Positions 41,215 through 51,800 of a DNA stretch of 64,000 nucleotides are shown in pieces (position 1 is the stretch's first letter; every line of letters starts with the position of its first letter). The DNA is from an uncultured delta proteobacterium (lineage in GTDB: Bacteria > Myxococcota_A > Polyangia > Polyangiales > Polyangiaceae): assembly GCA_963841435.1 (NCBI GenBank), contig CAWJCS010000003.1:320001-384000 (forward strand). The letters run 5' to 3'. The notes under the pieces were generated by a model, which was not told the origin of the DNA, did no database searches, and saw only the letters and a list, made by a program, of their open reading frames with translations. Position numbers and translations under genes: made by a program.

Positions 41215-42609
41215 TCAATGCGACGACGGGGGAGCGACGCTGCTCGCCGTGCGCGCGGAGGGCACGCGCGGTGCCGCGGCAGTGCCGCTCGGCGCGGCCG
41301 ATGCGCTCGCCGACGCGCTCGCCGCCGGAGCGGCCGCCTTTTCGACGAACTTCACGGCGCCGAATCGAGGTGCGGCGCCGAAGCTCTCCTTGCCGAACGT
41401 CGCGCCCCAGCCGACACCGGTGCTCTTCTGCAGGGCGTAGAGATTCATCTTCCACGTGTCGCCGGGCTTCGGCGGCTGCCGCCCCGCGTCCGCGAAGCTC
41501 CGCCAGGGGATCATCGCCTCGACGACGTAGCCGCGATCCTCATCACCGGCCTCGTCGAGCGTGCCGTTGACGACCACGGCGCTCTTCACGTTCGAGCGCC
41601 AGTCCTTCTTCTCTGGCGCCCCACCGTTGACATCGCCCCCACCCGCTGCCGGCCGGGAAACGTCACAGACGATGTTTTGAGGATTGATGGCAAGCTCGTA
41701 AACGTCCTTGCCGTCTCCTTGGGGCTCCACCGTGAGAGCGACGGTGTCCTGCGTCCAAAGGTCGGGGTCGAGCTTACCCCGCGGGAAGCCACCCTCGACG
41801 TCGGCATCCTGCACCTCATAGGCGAGGTAAAGGCCGCGATCGTCCCAGAGCATGCGCGCCTTGCCTCCGACGCTCACCGGGCCGCCAGCGTCGTCGGCAC
41901 CGGCCACTTTGACGTGCATGAACGGGCCGAGCACGGGCGCGTCCTGCCAGGCGTCCTCGCTGAGCTTACCGTCGATGGCGATCGCGGCCTTCGGCGCCAA
42001 CTTCTCGAGGACGACCGATGGCGTTTCGAGCCCCACGTCGAGGTTTGCAACGAGAGCGCGCTTCCAATCGTCCCCTTTTCCCTTGGTGACGGGCAGTCTT
42101 ACCGACGCCGTGCTGTAAACGCTCGCGACGATGCTGATGCGGCTCGAGTGCATGGCGTGCGGCAGCTGGAACCCGAGCTCGTCGACGTACACCTTGCCCG
42201 TCTTCCAGCTCGAAGGACGGAGCAATGGATGCCCACGACGCCCCTGACGGATGGGGCTCGCATCGTAAAGATCGAGGATCCGCTTTCCCGAATCGTCGAG
42301 CACGTGAGTGAGAAGCTTCCAGTTTCCCTTGAGATGCGACTTCAAGCGCCAGTAGAGCGTTAGCCGGATCCGTTTGCTCTGGGGAATGACCCCCTCGGGC
42401 TCCACGTCGTAGCCGAGGAGCTCGACCTTGTTGCCGAACTCGACGGCGAGCGGGTGACGAAATCGAGGAGCTTCGTCGAGGATGTAGTCCGCGAGCCGTC
42501 GCTCGGCCGCCGACACGTGCTGCTCGCGCGGCTCGTGTTTCGTGCCACCGCGGCGGGCGCACCCGAAGGCCGAAAGGACCAACAAAAGCATCAAGAAACG
42601 TGGCTGCAT
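41215..42609 (-). CDS. Lipoprotein with CBM9-like sugar-binding domain
   Basis: Lipobox AFGC; FGNKVELLGYD beta-sandwich; IDGKLSEDAW, LWDDRGLYLA, VEAMIPW. Confidence 0.8.
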   Translation of the reverse strand: MQPRFLMLLLVLSAFGCARRGGTKHEPREQHVSAAERRLADYILDEAPRFRHPLAVEFGNKVELLGYDVEPEGVIPQSKRIRLTLYWRLKSHLKGNWKLLTHVLDDSGKRILDLYDASPIRQGRRGHPLLRPSSWKTGKVYVDELGFQLPHAMHSSRISIVASVYSTASVRLPVTKGKGDDWKRALVANLDVGLETPSVVLEKLAPKAAIAIDGKLSEDAWQDAPVLGPFMHVKVAGADDAGGPVSVGGKARMLWDDRGLYLAYEVQDADVEGGFPRGKLDPDLWTQDTVALTVEPQGDGKDVYELAINPQNIVCDVSRPAAGGGDVNGGAPEKKDWRSNVKSAVVVNGTLDEAGDEDRGYVVEAMIPWRSFADAGRQPPKPGDTWKMNLYALQKSTGVGWGATFGKESFGAAPRFGAVKFVEKAAAPAASASASASAAPSGTAAAPRVPSARTASSVAPPSSH

Positions 42610-42887
42610 GGCTTCTCCTCGGGATCCGCCGGGCGCCCGTTGCCCGTCGGACGGGTAGCGACATTGGGTGCGGGCTCGAGCACCGGTCGGCGCCGCGGCC
42701 CTCGGTTGGGTACGCTCGGCATCCGTTTTGTCCCGAGCCGCCCGAGATCGCAAGCAAAGTATCGCAGGAAAATCCGAGCAGCGAAGGGCTCGATGGCGGC
42801 GGCGGGTTCGACCGCGTGCTCTCGGGAAAACGAAAAAGTGGCGCGAGCCCGACGCGAAAGCGAAAAGACAAGCCGGGACTCGAGCGC

Positions 42888-42916
42888 TTGACGTGCGAAG
42901 GACCGAGGTGTACAAA
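42888..42916 (+). promoter_or_regulatory. Candidate sigma70 promoter for the uORF-ABC-DUF1854 transcript
   Basis: TTGACG-N17-TACAAA. Confidence 0.55.
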
Positions 42917-42974
42917 TGCGGACTCGGAGGCACGGGGCCTCTATTTCTTTTTTTTCGCGGAAGAAGACGAAGGC

Positions 42975-43088
42975 ATGAACGGCAGCAGCACGAACAACGT
43001 CGCCATCGGGCGTTGCCTGCCGCGTTTCTTCGACTCGGGGCAGGCCGCAGCGATCCAACTCCGGATCGCGCCGCCGCCGAACCCGTAG
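42975..43088 (+). CDS. Candidate leader peptide (37 aa, ends IAPPPNP-stop)
   Basis: ATG after purine-rich GAAGAAGACGAAGG; the stop directly abuts the anti-SD arm of the hairpin. Confidence 0.45.
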   Translation: MNGSSTNNVAIGRCLPRFFDSGQAAAIQLRIAPPPNP

Positions 43089-43159
43089 GGCTGGTTTCCC
43101 GCCGCCAGCCCCCGGGTCCCTAGACCCGAGACGGGCTGACCGAGCGAAGGAATCCAGCC
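43089..43159 (+). promoter_or_regulatory. SD-sequestering rod-like hairpin with an alternative fold
   Basis: GGCTGGTTTCC(43089-99) pairs 10/11 with GGAATCCAGCC(43149-59); CAGCCC(43106-11) pairs with GGGCTG(43133-38); CGGGTC(43113-18) pairs with GACCCG(43123-28). Confidence 0.6.
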
Positions 43160-43161
43160 AA

Positions 43162-45432
43162 ATGTCCGCCAGAAATCAGCTTTCCGACGACGAGCTCTTC
43201 GAGCGTTACGTGGGCCAGCCCGCGTCGCTGAAGGCGGCCGAGCGCCGCCTGGCCCTCGAGGGGCTCGGCGGCCCGATCCTGCGCTATGCGCTGTCGGATC
43301 TCGACGACGATCGTCGCTTTCGCCACCGCTGGCTCGTGCTCGGCGAGCATGCCGTCGGCGTGATCGAGGGCGCTGACGCCCGCTTCGTACCCCGCCATGC
43401 CATCACGGCCGTGAGCAGCGAGCCCGGGCTCTCGTCCCGGACCTTGAGGCTGCACGGTGCCGCAGAAACGGCACCGCTCGTCGAGCTCTGTTTCACGCAG
43501 CGCCAGCGGCGCGCGTTCGACGCGATCGCGTTCGTGCTCGAAGAGGCGCTCTCGGGCCGGCAGGTGGCGGCGCGCGACGCGGACGCCGCCTACCGCGACG
43601 CCGTGCTCGGTCCCGTGCGCGAAGCGCAGGCGCTCGTCGCGCCCAACAAGCTCGCGGTGGTCTTCCGTCTCCTTTCGTACCTCGGTCGCTACCGCGCGCG
43701 CGTGTTCTTCGGCATGAGCGCGGCCACGGCGATTGCGGGCCTTTCCCTGCTGCCGCCACTCATCGCGGGCCGTCTGCTCGACGAGGTGATCGGCCCCGTT
43801 CAGCGCGGGCTCGTGCTTCCCCAGAGCGTGGCGCGCCGGGCGTGGATCGGCGTGCTCGTGATGGCGGCGGTGTACGCGCTCCGCCAGCTCTGCCTGTGGG
43901 TGCGGCTGCGCCTGATGGCCGAGCTCGGAGAGCTCGTGGCTCGTGACCTTCGCGACGAGGTCTACGACCACCTGCACCAGCTCAGCGTGAGCTTCTTCTC
44001 TCGCAAGAAGACCGGAAGCCTCATCACGCGCGTGAGCTCCGATACCGACCGCCTGTGGGAGTTCCTGGCGTTCGGCGTCGTGGAGGTGTCGCTCTCGCTC
44101 GTGATGCTAGTGGGGCTCGGCGCCGTGTTGATCACGCTCGATCCGGCACTGGGTCTGCTCATCACGCTGCCGGTGCCCCTCTTGTGCTTCGCCATCTACA
44201 AGAACGGTCAGGGCATGGAGCTCTTGTTCTTGCGCGCGTGGCGCAAGTGGTCACGCCTCACGGACGTGCTTTCCGACACGATCCCGGGTGTGCGCGTGGT
44301 CAAAGCGTTCCATCGCGAGGAGCACGAAAAACGGCGTTTCGGCGAGCGCAACCACAACGTCGTGGGCGAGTTCAACCGCATTCACGCGGCGTGGACGAGC
44401 TTCTGGCCGAAGCTCACCTTCGGCATCCAGCTCACGGCCGTGCTCGTGTGGGTCGGTGCGCTGCCGCGCCTGCTCGGTGAAGAGACCCTGCTGGGTCCAC
44501 CGTTGAGCCTCGGCACGTTCGTGTCGTTCTTGCTGTTCACGGCGATGTTCGTGCAACCGATCGAGACCGTCGGCCAGGTGGCGCGCATCCTGCACCGCGC
44601 CACGACCTCCGCGCACCGGGTCTTCGAAGTGCTCGACACCAAGCCCGAGGTGACGGACCGCGCGGACCCCGTGCGGCTTTCGCCGATGCGCGGCAACGTC
44701 GAGTTTCGCGACGTGAGCTTCAGCTACGACGGCATCCGGCAGGTGATCCGGGGTCTGTCCTTCCACGTGCGGGCCGGCGAGCTCATTGGTCTCGTGGGCC
44801 CCTCCGGCGGCGGCAAGACGACGCTCGCGAACCTCTTGACCCGGTTTTACGACGTGAGCCAGGGGCAAATCCTCGTCGACGGGGTCGATCTGCGGGATCT
44901 CGACAGCGGCGACTATCGCAAGGACGTCGGCATCGTGCTGCAGGATCCGTACCTTTTCCACGGCAGCGTGCTCGAGAACATCCGCTACGGCCTTCCCGAC
45001 GCCACGCTCGAGCAGGTGATCGAAGCTGCGCGCGCCGCCAACGCCCACGACTTCGTGTGCAAGCTTCCGCTCGGCTACGACACGCTCGTGGGTGAACGGG
45101 GGCACACGTTGTCGGGCGGCGAGCGCCAGCGCGTCAGCATCGCGCGGGCAATCCTGCGCGACCCACGCCTCTTGATCCTCGACGAGGCGACGAGCGCCGT
45201 GGACACCGAGACCGAGCAGAAGATCCAACAGGCCATGGATCGCCTCGTGGCGGGTCGCACGGTGTTCGCCATCGCTCACCGGCTGTCGACACTGAGGCAC
45301 GCCTCGCGGCTCTTCGTCATCAAGGATGGACGCCTCGTCGAGCAAGGCACGCACGCCGAGCTGCTCGCGCTTTCGGACGGTGTCTATCGCAAGCTTTTCA
45401 CCTTGCAAAAGGAGCTTCACCATGCCGCTTGA
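43162..45432 (+). CDS. ABC transporter (fused permease + ATPase) with N-terminal extension
   Basis: TM domain; GPSGGGKT, LSGGERQR, ILDEATS, IAHRLST. Confidence 0.92.
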   Translation: MSARNQLSDDELFERYVGQPASLKAAERRLALEGLGGPILRYALSDLDDDRRFRHRWLVLGEHAVGVIEGADARFVPRHAITAVSSEPGLSSRTLRLHGAAETAPLVELCFTQRQRRAFDAIAFVLEEALSGRQVAARDADAAYRDAVLGPVREAQALVAPNKLAVVFRLLSYLGRYRARVFFGMSAATAIAGLSLLPPLIAGRLLDEVIGPVQRGLVLPQSVARRAWIGVLVMAAVYALRQLCLWVRLRLMAELGELVARDLRDEVYDHLHQLSVSFFSRKKTGSLITRVSSDTDRLWEFLAFGVVEVSLSLVMLVGLGAVLITLDPALGLLITLPVPLLCFAIYKNGQGMELLFLRAWRKWSRLTDVLSDTIPGVRVVKAFHREEHEKRRFGERNHNVVGEFNRIHAAWTSFWPKLTFGIQLTAVLVWVGALPRLLGEETLLGPPLSLGTFVSFLLFTAMFVQPIETVGQVARILHRATTSAHRVFEVLDTKPEVTDRADPVRLSPMRGNVEFRDVSFSYDGIRQVIRGLSFHVRAGELIGLVGPSGGGKTTLANLLTRFYDVSQGQILVDGVDLRDLDSGDYRKDVGIVLQDPYLFHGSVLENIRYGLPDATLEQVIEAARAANAHDFVCKLPLGYDTLVGERGHTLSGGERQRVSIARAILRDPRLLILDEATSAVDTETEQKIQQAMDRLVAGRTVFAIAHRLSTLRHASRLFVIKDGRLVEQGTHAELLALSDGVYRKLFTLQKELHHAA

Positions 45433-45988
45433 TGCAGCGACGAAGGGCCCTGAACGGGACCCCGCCCCCACCCCGGCGACCGCGGAGCCGACGCCGCGCG
45501 AAGAGCGCCAAGCGTCGGGTGCCCGCCGCGTCGCCTTTCGCCTCGTGCGAGGCGCCGACGGGCGACTTTCAATCGTCAACGCGCGGGGCGAAGCACCCGT
45601 CGAGCTCACGCGCTGTTTCCCGTGGAGCGCTCCGGGCCACTCGCTGAGCCTGCGCGACACCTCGGGAGAGGAGCGGGCGTTCATCCTCGACCCGGACGAG
45701 CTCGACCCGGCGTCGCGCGCGGCGCTCGACGAGACGATCGAGCACGCGGGCTTCGTCCTGGACGTCGTCGGCATCGTCGCCGTCGACGAAGACTTCGAGC
45801 TTCGCACCTGGCAGGTCGAGACCAATCGCGGCTTCCGACGCTTTCAGACACCGCTCGACGCCTGGCCGCGGAAGGTCGGCGAGCACACGCTCGTGCTGGA
45901 GGACGTCTACGGCGACCTCTATCGCATCCGCGATCCCGCCCGGCTCGACACGCGGAGCCGCGCGCTGCTCTTTGCATTCGAGGACTGA
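45422..45988 (+). CDS. DUF1854-family protein
   Basis: RCFPWS, WQVETNRG, DVYGDLYRI...LDTRSR; overlaps the ABC gene, which is its usual partner. Confidence 0.75.
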   Translation: MPLDAATKGPERDPAPTPATAEPTPREERQASGARRVAFRLVRGADGRLSIVNARGEAPVELTRCFPWSAPGHSLSLRDTSGEERAFILDPDELDPASRAALDETIEHAGFVLDVVGIVAVDEDFELRTWQVETNRGFRRFQTPLDAWPRKVGEHTLVLEDVYGDLYRIRDPARLDTRSRALLFAFED

Positions 45989-46341
45989 GCTTTTGCCGCA
46001 GCGGCCGTCAGGGCGCTTTCCGACGCCACTCGGTGGCGAGCTTCGACAGCAATTCGAAGCCGCCGACGCGCAAGCCGTGCTCGGGCGGATCCGGCCACGG
46101 CCTGCGAACGCTGTCCGAGGCTCGGCGGGCGGTCGCTTGGGCCGTCGGTCCAGCCGCCAGCGACGCTACCTCGCGCCACTCGCGTCGGTCGCGAGCGGAC
46201 AGTTTCGCGTCATACCCGGGGTTTATCTCAAATCGGCCGCATGATCGGCGCAGAAGGTTTGACTGCCCGGGGCTGCTCGGCGAATAGGAAAGTTCCGGTG
46301 AGGGTGCGGTGCGGCTGATGTTCCTGACAAGCGAGGCGAAA

Positions 46342-49045
46342 ATGCCGAATGGGCGAGTCCTACTCATGGTTGCCACTGCCCTATTGGCGGGGTGCTCATT
46401 GGAGGCAGAACCTGCGAATGCGCCAGCCACGGGAGGCACCGCGGGCGCCGCGGCCGACGCCGGGAATGACGCGGGCGGCGGGGCGGGCAAAGCCAGCGGC
46501 GGCAGCTCGGGAGCGTCGTCGAGCGGAGCTGGGGGCGAAACGACCGGCGGCACCGGTGGCCTCGACATGGACGCGGGTCAGGCCGGCGAGATGGGCGAAG
46601 CGGGTAGTGGCGGCGACGCCTGCGCGGACGAGCCCTGCCTGAACGGCGGAATCTGCCTGCCCAACGGCGCCACCTTCGAATGCACCTGTGAGCCTGGCTT
46701 CAGCGGGCCGACCTGCGACGCCAGTGTGTGCGGTTCGGGTGCCTGCGAGAACGGCGGAACCTGTCAACCGACCAGCACGGGCTTCGAGTGTGAATGCCAG
46801 AGCGGCTTCACGGGCGCCTCCTGCGAGGTCAACGTCGATGATTGCACGCCGAACCCTTGCGTGAACGGCACTTGCGTTGACGGCGTGGACTCGTTCGCGT
46901 GCACTTGTTTCGGTGGGTTCACCGGCACTCTTTGCGACACCGAAACGAACGAATGCGATCCGGATCCGTGCCAGAACGGCGGCACGTGCGTCAACGGCCC
47001 CTCGCGCTATTCGTGCGAATGCGCCCTCGGGTATTCCGGCCAAGACTGCGAGATCGAGGTGAAGGGATGCGTGGACGCGCCATGCCTGAACGGCGGCGAC
47101 TGCGTTGAACGGATCGACGCCGCCCAACTACACGTGCACCTGCGCGAACGGCTACGAGGGAACCAATTGTCAGACCGACAGCGACGACTGCACGCCGAAC
47201 CCGTGCAACGGCGGAAGCTGTACGGACAAGGTTGCCGGGTTCACCTGCGCCAACTGCCCGACGGGGTACGCCGGTACCACGTGCTCGACTGACATCGACG
47301 AATGCTCGTCCAGCCCCTGCCTGCACGGCAGCTCCTGCAGTAACAGTGCGGGGAGCTACAGCTGCAGCTGCCCGCCGACGTACTCCGGCAAAAACTGCGA
47401 GAACAACGTCAACGAGTGCATGACGAATCCCTGCCAGCACAGCGGCTCATGCACCAACACGGACGGCGGCTACAGCTGCGACTGCGCCGGTACTGGCTAC
47501 ACCGGCACCACCTGCCAGACCGACATCAACGAGTGCACCTCGACCCCCTGCCAGCACGGCGGCGCCTGCAACAACACCGCAGGCAGCTACACCTGCGACT
47601 GCGCCGGTACCGGCTACACAGGCACCACCTGCCAGACCGACATCAACGAGTGCACCTCCAGCCCCTGCCAGCACGGCGGCGCCTGCACCAACACCGCAGG
47701 TAGCTACACCTGCAACTGCTCCGGCACCGGCTACACAGGCACCACCTGCCAGACTGACATCAACGAGTGCACCTCGACCCCTTGCCAGCACGGCGGCGCC
47801 TGCACCAACACCGCAGGCAGCTACACCTGCAACTGCTCCGGCACCGGCTACACCGGCACCACCTGCCAAACCGACATAAACGAGTGCACCTCCAGCCCCT
47901 GCCAGCACGGCGGCGCCTGCACCAACACCACGGGTAGCTACACCTGCAACTGCTCCGGCACCGGCTACACAGGCACCACCTGCCAGACCAACGTCAACGA
48001 GTGCACCTCCAGCCCCTGCCAGAACAGCGGGACCTGTACCAACACGGCGGGCAGCTACACGTGTGCCTGTAGCTCGCGGTTCCTCGGTACCAATTGCGAG
48101 TATCAGAGGTTCCGCGGCGTCGGGGCGCTGAGCTTGGACGACACGAGCGAGCTCCGCGCAATCAGCGGCGACGGCACCACGGCCGTCGGCGGATCCTGGT
48201 TGAACTCGAGCTCTCAGGTCACGCACGCCGTTCGCGTCGTCAACAACGGGTCGATTTCTTATCTAGCCACGCCTTCGGGCCAAACCGCCTGCATCTCGAA
48301 CGCAGTCAGCCAAAACGGTGGAACGATCGTCGGAACGTGCACCGACTCGAATGACCTCCCGAGCGCGTTCCGCTACGCTTCGGGCGGTTCGGTCACGCTC
48401 ATCAGCAAGAGCCCCTATGGCTCCATGGCACAAACCACGGGCGAGGGGCTGAGCGACGACGGTAACGTCGTCGTTGGGCGGGCAAACGGAGCTCACTGCG
48501 CCAAGTGGACATCATCGGGCGGCTGGTCGCTGCTCGGTCAATTGTCGTCAAGCGACGCCAGCATCGCACTGGGTACCAGCAGCAACGGCTCGACGATTGC
48601 CGGCTACGACGCGCCCATCGTGGCCCAAGGCTTCTACTGGACCCAAAGTAACGGCATTCTCGCGATCGCCAACGTGTCCGGCGCCTCGGACTCCTCTGCC
48701 TGGGACGTGAGCCCCGACGGAACGGTCATCGTCGGGGCCGCTGGTTTCTCGGGAGAAAACCACGCCGTCAAGTGGAAGAATCTGACGCCGACCGATCTCG
48801 GCGACGGGACGGCATATGGCACCAACGCGAGCGGCAGCGTCGTCGTCGGCGCAACGAATGCGCGGATCGCGACCGTCTGGGACACGCAAGGTGCCCATTC
48901 GCTTTCCTCCCTGCTTGGCGGCACGAGCGACCTCTCGGGTTGGACGTTGACGATCGCCTGGGACGTTTCGGACGACGGGAAGGTCGTCGTCGGCCAGGGC
49001 ATCAACGGCAGCTACCGCGAAGGCTTCATCGCACACCTGCCTTGA
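46342..49045 (+). CDS. Lipoprotein with 13 EGF-like repeats and a C-terminal HAF-like beta-propeller; frameshift near 47106
   Basis: Lipobox LAGC, Gly linker, DINEC...C.N..GSY.C calcium-binding EGF consensus, then 'SxDGxxxVG' repeats. Confidence 0.85.
47470..48060 (+). repeat. About five near-identical 117-bp tandem repeats (39-aa cbEGF unit)
   Basis: The gacatcaacgagtgcacc-type motif recurs every 117 bp (for example 47522, 47639). Confidence 0.9.
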
Positions 49046-49160
49046 GACGCGGCCCCGGCGTCAACGGGCCGCGTGCTCGGGGCTCGTGCACGCCACGGAA
49101 AATAGCAGCACGCCCGACCCTGCCCACCGGCGTCCGGATTGGCCGGTGGCCACCTGGGCC

Positions 49161-49931
49161 CTACAATTCGACGAGTCCCTCGCCGTAGCCCCCCGCATAG
49201 GTCGGAGGGAGAACCGAAGCCGGGGCGTCGCCTGCGCTACCAGCGAAGCCCGCGCCGCCCGTTCCACCGTCGCCCGCGCCGCCAAAGCCGGCGCCACCGT
49301 CGCCCGCGCCGCCAAAACCCGCGCCGCCAAAACCCGCTCCACCGTCGCCCGCTCCGCCAAAGCCGGCTCCGCCAAAACTCGCTCCACCGTCGCCGGCTCC
49401 GCCAAAGCCGGCGCCACCAAAGCCCGCGCCGCCAAAACCTGCGCCACCAAAACCCGCTCCACCGTCGCCGGCTCCGCCAAAGCCGGCGCCACCAAAGCCC
49501 GCGCCGCCAAAACCTGCGCCACCGTTGCCGGCGCCGCCCGTCGGACAGTTGATGCCGCTGCAGCCTGGACCGCAGGGGTTCATCGCGCAGGTGCCCGCTT
49601 GGCCCGAGAAGCCGCCACCGCCCTCGCCCGCGTAAAAGCCGGCGCCACCCACACCACCGCTGATTCCTCCGACGCCTGCGCCGCTGCCGCCCGTGCCCGT
49701 GCCGCCGGTCACCGAGCCGCCGACACCCGTGCCACCCGTCGAGGTCCCGCCGACCCCGTCCCCCGTGCCGCCCTTCGCCGCCGACGATCCCCCCTTGGCT
49801 CCCGCTTCCTTTTCCTCGCTACTTCTGCCGCCACAGTAGACGAAAAACTCCAGCGCGATGGCGCACCAGATCGCCCAGGCAGCGCGCGGGACGACGGCGT
49901 CCGTACGGAGCTCGCGTCGACGCCTTCTCAT
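49161..49931 (-). CDS. Gly-rich exported protein with GGAG(F/D) pentapeptide repeats
   Basis: GAGG RBS, basic then hydrophobic N-terminus with Cys, [15 protein letters not shown] knot, about 18 [10 protein letters not shown] units. Confidence 0.65.
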   Translation of the reverse strand: MRRRRRELRTDAVVPRAAWAIWCAIALEFFVYCGGRSSEEKEAGAKGGSSAAKGGTGDGVGGTSTGGTGVGGSVTGGTGTGGSGAGVGGISGGVGGAGFYAGEGGGGFSGQAGTCAMNPCGPGCSGINCPTGGAGNGGAGFGGAGFGGAGFGGAGDGGAGFGGAGFGGAGFGGAGFGGAGDGGASFGGAGFGGAGDGGAGFGGAGFGGAGDGGAGFGGAGDGGTGGAGFAGSAGDAPASVLPPTYAGGYGEGLVEL

Positions 49932-50113
49932 CCTCGCCTCCACACCACCGTCACCCGTCATACTCCCACGTTGGCGCCACCCGGTCTAGTCGCCCCGCGG
50001 AGGCGCGCCCGCGGATCGGCAGGCACGCGAGCCTCGCAAGGGTCGCTCGACAAAGCGTTGTCTCCGCGGGCGCGCCAACCGTATCGTCGGGCTCGCGCCA
50101 CGGTGCGGCGCCC

Positions 50114-51781
50114 ATGCTGTTCGCGAGCCTCGACTTTCTGCTGTTTCTCGTACCGGTCTTCGCGGGCTACTGGGCCCTCGCACGCCGGCCGCTCGGGCGC
50201 GCGCTGTGGCTGCTCGCCGCAAGCTACTTCTTTTACGCCGCCGGACCGAAGCCCGCGACGGGACCGCTGCCGCCACCGTGGACGTTCGTCGGGCTGCTCG
50301 TCGGCTCCACGTTCGTCAACTACTTGTGCGCGCTCGGCATGCCACGCGCCGGGTCAGCCGCGAAGAAGACGCTGCTCGGGCTGAGCCTGCTCTTCAACCT
50401 GGGGCTCCTCGGCACGTTCAAGTACGCAGGGTTCGCCCTCGAGGCGACCGCCGAGGCGTGCCAGGCGCTCGGCATCCCCGCGCACCTTCCGACGCTCCGC
50501 CTCGCACTGCCGATCGGGATCAGCTTCTACACCTTTCAGAGCCTGAGCTACACCATCAACGTCTACCGCGGACGTCTCGCGCCCGAGCGGAACCCCATTC
50601 GCTTCGCGCTGTTCGTCGCGCTCTTTCCGCAGCTCGTGGCGGGACCCATCGTGCGCGCGTCCGAGCTCTTGCCACAGCTCGGCCCGACGCCGAGCCTGAT
50701 GCGCGAGGACGTCGACTTCGCGATTTTCCGGATCGCCAAGGGAATCGTGAAGAAGGTGGTGTTCGCCGACTTCGTGGCGGCGTCGTTCACGGATCGCGTC
50801 TTCGCGTCGCCCACCGAGTTCAAGTCGCTCGAGAACCTGCTGGCGCTCCTGGCCTTCACGCTGCAGATCTATGCCGATTTTTCAGGGTATTCGGACATCG
50901 CCATCGGCACGGCGCGGCTGTTCGGCTTCCGGCTACCGGAGAACTTCGCGCGGCCCTACCAGGCGGTCGACGTTGCCGACTTCTGGCGACGCTGGCACAT
51001 CACGCTCTCGAGCTGGCTGCGTGACTACGTGTACTACCCGCTCGGCGGGAGCCGCCTCGGACGCACGCGCACGCTCGTGAATCTCGCGATCACGATGTTG
51101 CTCGTCGGCATCTGGCACGGCGCGGGCTGGACGTTCGTCGCCTATGCCTTTTGCCACGCGTTCGCGATGGTGTTCAACCGAGTCTGTCGAACGCGCACGC
51201 GGGGCGGGCTCGCAGGGGCGGCATCGGCAGTGGGGGTCGCGCTCTCGGGCTTCGCGGCGGCGTGGCTGCTCGCTCGCGTGGCGCTCCGGCTGCCTGCACC
51301 GCTTTCGTTCGCGCTCGCGGGCGGCGCGCTCGCGCTCTTGCTCGCGCTCTTGCCCAGCGCCGAGAAGCGGCGCTGGCTCACGCCGCTCCACGTCGTCTTG
51401 ACGCTGGGTTTCAGCGTCCTCACCCGCGTGTTCTTCCGCGCCGACGACATCGGCGCCGCGCGCGCCATGGCGGAAAAGCTAGCCTACTTCGACGGCTTCG
51501 CCGTACGCGACGGGCTCTTCGGCAACGAGCCGCTCGCGGCCTGGCTCGGCTCGACGAGCGCGCTTTCCTGGGCCAAGCCGTTCGGCGAACAATGCGTGCT
51601 CGTCGTCATCGGCCTCGGCTTCGCCCTGCACTACGTGCCCGCCGGACCGCTCGAACGCTTCGCGACGCGCCTCATCGGACGGGCGCCGGCGCCCGTCGTG
51701 GGGCTCGGCGTCGCGACCGTGCTCGGCGTGACGGCCCTCTTGCTCTCCGGACCCCGCGCCAACATCTACTTTGCCTTCTGA
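50114..51781 (+). CDS. MBOAT O-acyltransferase (PatA/AlgI-like)
   Basis: PIGISFYTFQ, FPQLVAGPI, DFSGYSD, FWRRWHITLS, GIWHGA, C-terminal NIYFAF hexapeptide. Confidence 0.92.
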   Translation: MLFASLDFLLFLVPVFAGYWALARRPLGRALWLLAASYFFYAAGPKPATGPLPPPWTFVGLLVGSTFVNYLCALGMPRAGSAAKKTLLGLSLLFNLGLLGTFKYAGFALEATAEACQALGIPAHLPTLRLALPIGISFYTFQSLSYTINVYRGRLAPERNPIRFALFVALFPQLVAGPIVRASELLPQLGPTPSLMREDVDFAIFRIAKGIVKKVVFADFVAASFTDRVFASPTEFKSLENLLALLAFTLQIYADFSGYSDIAIGTARLFGFRLPENFARPYQAVDVADFWRRWHITLSSWLRDYVYYPLGGSRLGRTRTLVNLAITMLLVGIWHGAGWTFVAYAFCHAFAMVFNRVCRTRTRGGLAGAASAVGVALSGFAAAWLLARVALRLPAPLSFALAGGALALLLALLPSAEKRRWLTPLHVVLTLGFSVLTRVFFRADDIGAARAMAEKLAYFDGFAVRDGLFGNEPLAAWLGSTSALSWAKPFGEQCVLVVIGLGFALHYVPAGPLERFATRLIGRAPAPVVGLGVATVLGVTALLLSGPRANIYFAF

Positions 51782-51800
51782 CCCCCCGGCCGACCACGCG

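Noticed and set aside
43162-45988. Cyanophycin locus
   Set aside because: No cphA or cphB homolog is present in the window; the association comes only from family context elsewhere.
47470-48060. CRISPR array
   Set aside because: These are in-frame 117-bp coding repeats with no unique spacers, and there are no cas genes.
49246-49545. CRISPR or non-coding satellite; also the 432-aa plus-strand 'AKT/AKA' histone-like ORF
   Set aside because: The units are 15-bp coding repeats of the minus-strand Gly-rich gene; the plus-strand ORF is its antisense shadow.
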